From Cyanobacteria bacterium P01_D01_bin.156 (lineage in GTDB: Bacteria > Cyanobacteriota > Cyanobacteriia > Phormidesmidales > Phormidesmidaceae), in assembly GCA_039024555.1 (NCBI GenBank), contig JBCCQQ010000036.1, forward strand, positions 1-61,528: DNA of 61,528 bases, given 5' to 3'. Below, piece after piece: positions 50,134-58,654 of the stretch. The translations under genes were made by a program, and so were the position numbers. Numbering within the stretch: the first letter of the stretch is position 1; each line of letters begins with the position of its first letter. The notes under the pieces were generated by a model that searched no databases, was not told where the DNA came from, and was given only the letters and a program-made list of their open reading frames with translations.

Positions 50134-51354
50134 TTAAACCTCTACAAGTGCGATCGCAGCTTCAGCAGGCTTCCCTTGCTCAAGAATTGCCATCAGTCCA
50201 GGTAAATATTGATCCATCAAGCTAACGTTGGCATACATCATATTACGCACTAGCTCTGGGCTTAACGTGTCACCCTCAACGTCAATACTCGTCTTACAGC
50301 GAATTTCACCATCAGCCATATCCATCTCCAAATTGCCCATCACTAAGCCGTAATTAGCTTTGCAAATGTAGTAGAGAACATCTGTAATCTTTGCTTGAGG
50401 TACCTGGAACCGGAGAATTGAGTAAAAGACAAAGACGTGTTTTTCTTCCTGAGTTCTGGCGTAGCAGATCCACTCACCATGCTGACCTACATAGTCAAAA
50501 CGTAGAGCACTCACATCGACACTATATTCAAACTCAATCTCCTCTTCTGTTAAGAAGTCCATCACTGTTCTCAGCAATGGGACCGAATCTTCTTCATCAG
50601 CAATAGCAGGCATCGTTTCTACCGAAATTCTGACAAAGTTATCTATGATGTCGCCTACGATGTGACGACTCTGGAGCACAGGATTAGAGTCTTGGTCTGT
50701 CAGCGACACCACAGATTTTTGCAAAAAGTCAGCTGACCGTTCTAATACATCTTCAAAAGACACATCGTCATAATCAGGCAGAATCTCTCGGACTAATTCC
50801 GAATCTCGAATAAACTCATTAACTTTAGAAAACAATTGGGGAGATATCTGAACCTCTGAACGCAGCATGGCTGGCTCTAAGTAATTCCAAACAGTGCGGT
50901 AGCCAAAAATCTCACTACCCTGCTTTTGAATAACCGTTTGCAGATACCAGCTGTCAGATTGAATCATTAATGCCTGGGGTTCATGCTCAATCAGCATCCG
51001 CCAATGCTTCTGAAATTCTGCTGGGTCTAAAGCATGGAGTAGAAACGATGGTACCGTATTTAGACACTCAGGATTGAGCAACAACTCCAGCATGAGCGCT
51101 TTATCTGATCGGAATTTTCCCTTGCTCAAGCGACTCTGAATTTGCGGCTTACAGTGAAATAACTGTTGACTCTCAACCTGCTGATACTGGCCCCAGTTGA
51201 CTTGACACATCAAAGATAGGGCTGAGACTTGATCTGCCACATACACAGGTCTCAGCTCACAGTTTTCTGATCTCCACAAGCTGCTTTTAGGAGTTTTAGA
51301 TGACAGTTGAAAGGTCAAATCCATTGCCATAGTGTTCGTTTTTTGAGTTGCCAC
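50134..51354 (-). CDS. Protein with C-terminal YbjN-like domain and unassigned N-terminal region
   Basis: Last ~150 aa contain G.HGEW.CYA, FVFYS and ANYGL.MGN.EMD..DGEIR.KTSIDV, a YbjN-type pattern. Confidence 0.72.
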   Translation of the reverse strand: MATQKTNTMAMDLTFQLSSKTPKSSLWRSENCELRPVYVADQVSALSLMCQVNWGQYQQVESQQLFHCKPQIQSRLSKGKFRSDKALMLELLLNPECLNTVPSFLLHALDPAEFQKHWRMLIEHEPQALMIQSDSWYLQTVIQKQGSEIFGYRTVWNYLEPAMLRSEVQISPQLFSKVNEFIRDSELVREILPDYDDVSFEDVLERSADFLQKSVVSLTDQDSNPVLQSRHIVGDIIDNFVRISVETMPAIADEEDSVPLLRTVMDFLTEEEIEFEYSVDVSALRFDYVGQHGEWICYARTQEEKHVFVFYSILRFQVPQAKITDVLYYICKANYGLVMGNLEMDMADGEIRCKTSIDVEGDTLSPELVRNMMYANVSLMDQYLPGLMAILEQGKPAEAAIALVEV

Positions 51355-51388
51355 ATCGTGTCTCAGCTGATTTGATCACATCAGTGAT

Positions 51389-54121
51389 TTAAAACGTCAT
51401 TGCGTCTATTAGTTCAAATATTTCTTTGCTAATTTTCATAGAAGAATTGGCATCTTCTGTATCTTTTAGAGTGTCAGCATCTTCCTTAGAAACTTCATCC
51501 TTCTGAATATCTTGCTGAGATTTATCCATCGCTTCATCCACTTTGGTTGTACCCAGCTTTAAACCATCATCCATTTTCTTAGAGCCATCCCCAAAGAGAT
51601 TTAACTTACCGGTCACCTTGTTCAATGCCTTAATCGCTTCTGAGATGAGGATTTCATTATCAGAAACCTTTGTATCTTGATTCTGCCGATCGTTCTTATT
51701 GTTTTTAATCTGTTTGCCTTGACCCAAGTCTCCTTTAATACTTGAGTTAGAGTTTTTGAACCCTTCGGTTTCTTCTAGCAGCTCATTCGTAAGTATGGTT
51801 GTCCCTAAGGTTCCAGGTTTAGCACCAAGATAGTTAGCTTTTTCATTTTGAGACAACTCATCAAATCTTGTATTATCTAGGTTCTCCAAACTAAAGTCTG
51901 GTTTCTGACCTCCGTTTGCATTCCACTGCTCTAAACATGTAGCCACTAGCCCAGCTGCCGAACTAAATGACTTCACAGCTGAATTTCGATAAGACGTTTT
52001 CAAAATATTTCTAACGAACGGTGAGCTTGTCTTTTCTTGTACACCACGAATTAATGAGATGATGACATTAATCGCGACCTGCAGTAGTTTAATTCCAATT
52101 TGAATAATGTTTATAGCGCTATTAAAAATCTCTAATATACTCGCAAAGGGAGGAAAGATAAGTTGCAATATGAGAATATAAGCTTTAACAAAGGTAAGCA
52201 CCCTTGAAAGATTATCAAGAACTACTTGATCTGCCGTTTGGAAAGCAAGTATTTGACAATCGAACAACCGTTGCACATTACTTCTAAGATCTAAAGACTG
52301 AAGGATTTTATATTCCCTCTCAATATTTTTCTTGGCTTCTTTTGCTTCTTTTTTGATATTCGTTCTACGGGCAGGCTTGATAAAACCTCGCTTATCTTTG
52401 CTACCAACAGCTTTTTTATAACCGCCAGATTTCATCCCTCGGAAAAAATCATGAGTTTTTTCCTTTATTTTTGGATATACCTTGACTTTCGTATACTTCC
52501 AAAGATTACTTTTATCTTGACATAATAATGAAGAAACAAAACCTGGAGCCATCCGATCCTTTTCCACCAGATCTGTTTTGTGCTTCTTTAAGGTATCAAG
52601 TGATTCTTGAATTTTAGTCGCCCGTTGAGTGGAATCTTTCGCTTTTTCTTGAGCATCTAATCTGGCAATCTGCTTTCCATTTTGCTGACTGTAGGTCAAG
52701 TCCTTACTTTTAGCGGAATATTTCTCTCGAAGTCGTGTAACTATAGTGAAATTATCAGCAATAGTCGCCTTATCTTTAATAGAGTTTTTATAAAAAACAG
52801 TCGCATCCGATACTCGTTCTTCTGCTACTTTCCAATCTTCATCCCACTCAAAGTCTTCTGTATCTAAAGCTCTCTGCAAATATTCTATTTGCTGCTTATA
52901 CTCATAGAGTTCTTCATCATATTTATTGGCCTCTTCATCACTGCGTTTTGACCTTGTTTTCAGATTCTTTATGGAAAATACTTTAAGTTCAACTTGTTCT
53001 TTCTTTTTCTTGACTCTCTCTAGCTCTTGTTTGGTATCATCCGAACTATAGCCTTTATAAGGCTCCACTATTTGTTTATCTTCTTCAAATGCATACTTGA
53101 GTCTTTCAATAGATTCGACATTATCCGCAGCGGACGTGTAAGCATCTTCAACAGCCTTTAAACTGTCTTTAATAGTACTGATATCACTAATATTTTTTGG
53201 GGATTGATCGACCTGCTGGGAAGAAGTCTGAAGATTGCTATTGTTGTCTACTTCTTCTTCATCAGTAACTTCCTGAGGTAACTCAGTCTTCTGATCTTGT
53301 GTTTGTTCGGGGCTCTGTAAAAGAGAACTTGCCTTCTCTTCTTGTTTAGGTTGATTAGAAAAGGTAATATTTTCCTCATCATTATCAACCTGCATTGATT
53401 CGATAATATTATCAGTTGTCTCTGTTTCATCAGTCTCCGTTTTTTCTGTCACTGAGGTATCTGGAGACTCATCATCATCCTGAATAGATTCCAGCGGAAA
53501 TGAATCGATGATGTTATCGACATGAGATAGTTCAGAATTATTGGTGATCTCATCTTTTCGACGAATAGAGCTACCCCCTTGCTGCATAACATGGGTCAAC
53601 TCATGGGCTAACAGTTCCTGCCCATTGGGACTACGAGGTGCGTAAGCACCCTGCTTAAAAAAGACATCGTTTCCAGTGGTAAAGGCCTTTGCCTGAATCG
53701 ACTGACTCAGATGATCAGCCTGGGCATCTGTATGCACCTTAACTCGGCTAAAGTCAGCTCCCATAGCCGATTCCATTTGGGTCTGAATCTTTGGTTCTAG
53801 AGGACTACCGCCACCACGAGCACGATTCAGACTGCCTTCAAACTCCGGGCTCACAGACCCGATTGGTATATGGCTATCGCGCTGGATCACAAACGTCTGC
53901 TGCAGATCGTGTGCTGACATTAGTGATGCCGAATCTACGGTGGCTAACCGACTGATATAAGAACCACCATTATTCAGCATGGGTGGCAGCTCAGTAATTT
54001 CAGATTTCTGGGCTTCAACAGACTTAGATGCAAACGGTCTGGACTGCAGATATTTACTGGACACAGCTTTAGAAACTGTATGCTGTCGCTGAATCTTAGT
54101 CTTATCTTGACGATATGCCAT
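51389..54121 (-). CDS. DUF4157 (eCIS core domain) protein with uncharacterised C-terminal region
   Basis: GGGSPL..MESAMGADFSRVKVHTD..AKAFTTGNDVFF.QGAY.P..GQELLAHELTHVMQQ; start at ATG 54121 is inferred. Confidence 0.88.
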   Translation of the reverse strand: MAYRQDKTKIQRQHTVSKAVSSKYLQSRPFASKSVEAQKSEITELPPMLNNGGSYISRLATVDSASLMSAHDLQQTFVIQRDSHIPIGSVSPEFEGSLNRARGGGSPLEPKIQTQMESAMGADFSRVKVHTDAQADHLSQSIQAKAFTTGNDVFFKQGAYAPRSPNGQELLAHELTHVMQQGGSSIRRKDEITNNSELSHVDNIIDSFPLESIQDDDESPDTSVTEKTETDETETTDNIIESMQVDNDEENITFSNQPKQEEKASSLLQSPEQTQDQKTELPQEVTDEEEVDNNSNLQTSSQQVDQSPKNISDISTIKDSLKAVEDAYTSAADNVESIERLKYAFEEDKQIVEPYKGYSSDDTKQELERVKKKKEQVELKVFSIKNLKTRSKRSDEEANKYDEELYEYKQQIEYLQRALDTEDFEWDEDWKVAEERVSDATVFYKNSIKDKATIADNFTIVTRLREKYSAKSKDLTYSQQNGKQIARLDAQEKAKDSTQRATKIQESLDTLKKHKTDLVEKDRMAPGFVSSLLCQDKSNLWKYTKVKVYPKIKEKTHDFFRGMKSGGYKKAVGSKDKRGFIKPARRTNIKKEAKEAKKNIEREYKILQSLDLRSNVQRLFDCQILAFQTADQVVLDNLSRVLTFVKAYILILQLIFPPFASILEIFNSAINIIQIGIKLLQVAINVIISLIRGVQEKTSSPFVRNILKTSYRNSAVKSFSSAAGLVATCLEQWNANGGQKPDFSLENLDNTRFDELSQNEKANYLGAKPGTLGTTILTNELLEETEGFKNSNSSIKGDLGQGKQIKNNKNDRQNQDTKVSDNEILISEAIKALNKVTGKLNLFGDGSKKMDDGLKLGTTKVDEAMDKSQQDIQKDEVSKEDADTLKDTEDANSSMKISKEIFELIDAMTF

Positions 54122-54341
54122 AGAAATCTGGGAGCACCTTAGCAAAGCAGCAATTAGCGGCAAGGCTACTTGCATTAATGAAACTTGGTTTCATAGTTCA
54201 CAGCTAAGAGTTTGAACTCACAGCGAAAGCCGAAAAAAGTGATATGCCCCCTTAGTCTCTAGAGAACCTTGCAGAAATAGCCAAAGATAGAAATAGAAGA
54301 ATTCACTGTTTCAGAATGTATCGCCACACAATCGACATTGG

Positions 54342-57104
54342 CTAATCTTCTCGTTCAACAACAATCACATTCTCAGTAACTTTCTCAAACGTGTCATCAT
54401 GACTAATGACAAACAGTTGCTTAAATGCCTTTAGCCGAGCAATGGCTTCCGCTAAACTCTCTCGACGGGGACGGTCCATGTTGGTTGTTGGCTCATCAAA
54501 AAAGGCAATATCAATATCTGCCAGCACCTTCAGCAAAGCTAATCGTACGGCTAAGGCTGCACACATTTGTTCACCCCCAGAGAGATTAATAAAGCGGCGA
54601 GTATTGCTTCCTTCCTGAACTAGAATCTCATAGTCACGGGTCCACTCTAGGGCAACGTTAGGCCGGTTGAGCAGATCCCGAAACAGTCGATCCGCTTCCT
54701 GAGAGATTCCTTGTACATAGCGTTCTGTAATTCTAGGTCCAGCTTCTTTATAGGCCTTACGGGCAAAGTTAATAAATCGCTTCACCCGTTCTTTTTGTTT
54801 TAGCTCCGTTGCTGCTTGGTCTCGCTTTTCAGCCACCTGCCGCAGATTTTCTAGCTGGCTCGTGAGTTCTGCTTGCAGTTTTCGCTGCTGAGGTAGACTG
54901 CCTGTAATGCGATCGCACCCCGATTTAACCTCTCCATACTGGGTATCTAAAGCCTGTAATGCTTCTGGGTCAAAGTCTGCCATCTGCTGGGTGAGCTCAG
55001 CCGCCTGCTGAGTAGTCTGCTGAGTCAGCGCTGTTACCACTTGGGTTGCTGCAGCTAAATCAAGCTTCAGCTGCTCTAGCTTCTGAGCATCCTTTTCATT
55101 TTGCACATAGAGCAAATAACCTGACTGATAATCTTGCCGTAGCTGCTGTTGTTTAACGAGTTCTGCGTCCACATCAGCAATCCCATCAATTTGCTGAGTC
55201 AGCGTAGCTAATGCAGCTTCCAAACCTTTTCGTTGAGTACACAAACGCTCATATTCCGTTGCGACTTGAGCTGTCGCCTGCAGTTGTTCTTTCAACACCT
55301 GACAGCGCCCCTTCGGATCTCCTAAGTCTTTCAGCTCAACCTCTAGTTTCTGTAGTTGCTGATTGACAACATCAGATTGGGTCAATTGCTGATCTACATC
55401 AGCCAAATTCGTTTGTAACTGTTGCTGTTGATCTATTAACTCCGATTGTTTTATCTTCAGCTGACCTCGATTGACGAGTTGAGCCCGTTGGTCGTAAGCC
55501 TTAGTTAATGCTGCTCGCCCCACTGCCAACTGCTGTTGTAGCTGAGAGATATCTACCTGAGCAGCCAGATCGCCTAAAATGCTGTCTAGAGCTGTCAATG
55601 TCGTTTGATTCAGCTCCTGGCCGGTTGAAATAGCCGCTTTTAGTTGTTCAATAACATTATTAGATAACAGGGGTAAGCTTTGCTGCAGCTCACCTAATGA
55701 CTCTAACGCAGACACCGCCTGCTGATTATACTCTACCGATTGAGTGCGATGACCTGTCACCAACTGCTGTAACTCTCGTTCAAACTGTTGCGCAGCGTCT
55801 ATTCGACTAAGCTGCTGCTGCCAACGCTGCTGATTTTGTTCCAGATGAGGAATTTGTTCAACGCTATTTTGTAAAGCATCAAGTTTTTCCAGGGCTTGCT
55901 GTGTTTGTTGACCCTCATTTCGGAGTCTCACCAGTTGTTCCTGTAATGACTGACGACTCATTTGCATCTTAACCATGGTTTGCTGATGCTGTATGAGCTC
56001 CTGTCGTTTCTGTTCTAAAGTCTGTTGCTGTTCGCAAGGTGCAGTAAGCCCCATGATTTGTTTTTGCAGCTGCTGACGCTGTTCTAGCTGTACCTGCTGA
56101 CGCGCCATGGTAGCTGCCTGCTGGTCGAGACTACGCTGCTGATTTTGTCGTTGCTGCAATAGCTGCTGGCGCTGTTGATTTTTTTGATTTAAGGCTTTTA
56201 AGGTAGCCTCCATCGCTAAGTAGGCACGATGGGCCTCACTATGGGTTTGACAGAGTTCAGCAGCTTGTTGAGATCTCGCACAGGATTGACTAATTAATTG
56301 CTGCGCTTGCTGTTTCGCCTCTAGTTGCACCTTCACTTGCTGCTGTTGCTGCTGCAAGTGTTGTATTTTCTGGTTTTTTTCTGAAAGCGCCTGTTTAGCA
56401 GTCTGCAGTTGCTCTAGTTTTTGTTGCAAAGATGTCAGCTGTTGTTCACTATGAATAATCTCACTAGCTACTAAACCATGGCGTTCCTCTAACCCATCCC
56501 ATGCCTCTAGCTGGTCTTCATATTGTTGCAGCCGTGTTTTGACAAGATCCACCTGGGCTTCAGCATACTTGCGTAGAGCATTTGACTCTTTGTGTACCCT
56601 GCGGTACTCTTCCACCTTGAGCACACTGTCAAAAATCGGCTTACGCTTTTCAGGACTGAGTAAAAAGTCGGCAGTAAATGTTCCCTGGGGGACACCTACC
56701 GTGTTTGCAAATAGCTGCCCTAGATCGGTGCCTACGGGAACTCCCAGATGCTGCTGCAGCCAAGGTTCAACTTCATCTTTGATACGGCTATAGTTAAGCC
56801 GCTCCCCCAATTGAGGATCAAAAATAGTGTAACCTCGGCTCGTACAGCGCTCTACTTCATAGGTGCGATCGTCATAGCTAGACACAAACGCAACCCTAGC
56901 TTGGGCACTACCACTACCGTTGCGAATTAAGTCTTCCTGTTTATAGTTCCCCCGATGGTTAAACAGGGTCCAGGCAATGGCCTCTAGAATACTGGTCTTA
57001 CCTGCACCATTAACACCGCAAATGGCGTTTGTCCCCAGTTGAAATTCAAAGTTGCGATCGCGATGGGTCTTAAAATTCGTAAGGGTTACCGACAGTAAAT
57101 ACAT
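54342..57104 (-). CDS. SbcC/Rad50-like SMC-family ATPase
   Basis: Walker A GVNGAGKTS, Q-loop VPQG, long Gln-rich coiled coil, LSGGE signature, FFDEPT and ISHD; start at ATG 57104 is inferred. Confidence 0.88.
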   Translation of the reverse strand: MYLLSVTLTNFKTHRDRNFEFQLGTNAICGVNGAGKTSILEAIAWTLFNHRGNYKQEDLIRNGSGSAQARVAFVSSYDDRTYEVERCTSRGYTIFDPQLGERLNYSRIKDEVEPWLQQHLGVPVGTDLGQLFANTVGVPQGTFTADFLLSPEKRKPIFDSVLKVEEYRRVHKESNALRKYAEAQVDLVKTRLQQYEDQLEAWDGLEERHGLVASEIIHSEQQLTSLQQKLEQLQTAKQALSEKNQKIQHLQQQQQQVKVQLEAKQQAQQLISQSCARSQQAAELCQTHSEAHRAYLAMEATLKALNQKNQQRQQLLQQRQNQQRSLDQQAATMARQQVQLEQRQQLQKQIMGLTAPCEQQQTLEQKRQELIQHQQTMVKMQMSRQSLQEQLVRLRNEGQQTQQALEKLDALQNSVEQIPHLEQNQQRWQQQLSRIDAAQQFERELQQLVTGHRTQSVEYNQQAVSALESLGELQQSLPLLSNNVIEQLKAAISTGQELNQTTLTALDSILGDLAAQVDISQLQQQLAVGRAALTKAYDQRAQLVNRGQLKIKQSELIDQQQQLQTNLADVDQQLTQSDVVNQQLQKLEVELKDLGDPKGRCQVLKEQLQATAQVATEYERLCTQRKGLEAALATLTQQIDGIADVDAELVKQQQLRQDYQSGYLLYVQNEKDAQKLEQLKLDLAAATQVVTALTQQTTQQAAELTQQMADFDPEALQALDTQYGEVKSGCDRITGSLPQQRKLQAELTSQLENLRQVAEKRDQAATELKQKERVKRFINFARKAYKEAGPRITERYVQGISQEADRLFRDLLNRPNVALEWTRDYEILVQEGSNTRRFINLSGGEQMCAALAVRLALLKVLADIDIAFFDEPTTNMDRPRRESLAEAIARLKAFKQLFVISHDDTFEKVTENVIVVERED

Positions 57105-57242
57105 GAGAGGCCCTAACTCCATCCCTGAAAAATGCGGCTAGCTTAGTTTAGCTTGTTCAGCCTGAATTAACCGATTATCTAGGGGTAGTGAGCCAGGGCA
57201 CCAGCACTAAACGCCAGAACCTCAGGGATTTATAGGAGCATC

Positions 57243-57524
57243 CTATAGACGTCCTGATGATGGCTGACGTAATAAGGGCAATGCCTGTTGCGCCCATACT
57301 TGCACTTTAGGATGGGAACTCGTTGCCAATTGACGACATAGCTTAATTGCAGCCGGTAATTGGCCACTCTCTTTATAGGCACGAACCAACCACACATTAG
57401 CCGAATAATATAGTTTGTCAGGGGGTCGCACTTGAGCAGCTATGTACTCTAAATCATCAATACCTTCATGAAACTGCCCACGTCTCACGGAATGAATGGC
57501 AGCATCCAGCATCTCTTGTGACAT
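57243..57524 (-). CDS. Small helical (TPR-like) protein
   Basis: A..WLVRAY..SGQ...AI.LC.QL..S..P.V..WA pattern; start at ATG 57524 is inferred. Confidence 0.65.
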   Translation of the reverse strand: MSQEMLDAAIHSVRRGQFHEGIDDLEYIAAQVRPPDKLYYSANVWLVRAYKESGQLPAAIKLCRQLATSSHPKVQVWAQQALPLLRQPSSGRL

Positions 57525-58654
57525 ATAACCTCGAATTGACAGTGAATGTTCAATTAGGCCAACAAGATAGTTTCTACTGCCTAAAGCACTCAGCACTATC
57601 CTGTAGACAGGTAAATCGCAGGCGTTTAAAGTTGCTCAAACGCTTCGCCTTGTCGTATCTCTTTTCGAGCTCCCTGTTTTCCAAGTTACTCCTTTAGAAA
57701 ATATTGACTCTTTGTTTGTTCCAGAATGTAAGAAATCCAGCAACTTATACAGGAAAAAATGAAGAACTAACATTTTTGATGTTTTTCTAGACCTAGCATG
57801 CAATGCAGTCACACACACCTAACAATTAGACTATTACGTACCAAGGAATCCTGCTGAGGTAACAAAATAATTTGAGAACAATCACTCTTCAGTAATTACC
57901 CTAGCATCTGCAATATTTATCTACAGTCAACTTTTAGTCATTTTCATCTACAGCATAAACAAGCTTCAACTTTTCACCATAATTACCCAGACCGCAGCAC
58001 TCAAAGAAAGAAGGTGCTATCTAAGTACAATCAATATCTTGAAAAGTATATAACGGTTATCACGCGGGCGTTTAGACCGATCCCTCAGTAGTCTCACTGA
58101 AATTTTCTCTTAAAAAATCCGCCAAATGGCTCATATACAACAAGAAAATTTATTCTGATAAAGCTACCGAGTTCCAACCTGTAAAAATCACCGCACATCT
58201 ACGGATCTTTTCTGAACAAGAAAAGTTGTTTTATTCCGAGAGAGTACAGACTACACGCCACAACAGATTAAATACATTTGATATATGCAGTAAACCTCTA
58301 CGCATTTTCCTTGAGAACCTAAGAGAATCAACCCATTAAAAAGCCTTGATATATGCAGGGTAGGGGTTCTAGCCCTCTGGCCTATCCGAAAAAACTTCTA
58401 TATGTTGAACAAGTAACAGATTTACGCAAACAAATTCATATCGAAAGTTCTCATAGTTCCCTTAACCAGACGTCACAGAACAATTTTGTTCATATAACCA
58501 TTGTCGAAGACACTTAAGACTTTTATTGGCCATAAGCAATCGGCAATATACTTATACAAAGTATTTAGGAGATGATTGTCATCTCATTAATCCATTGTTC
58601 TGCATCACCGAGGAATAACTATGCCTCCAACTTACCTACTAGGATTTATCACCT

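Noticed and set aside
49977..50225. 82-aa plus-strand ORF
   Set aside because: Overlaps the end of the YbjN-domain gene in antisense, has a TTG start and shows no motif.
54900..56500. CAG/CAA-rich low-complexity DNA as a repeat element
   Set aside because: Explained by the Gln-rich coiled coil of the SbcC-like protein.
57636..57818. 60-aa ORF in the long intergenic region
   Set aside because: GTG start, no RBS and random-looking composition.
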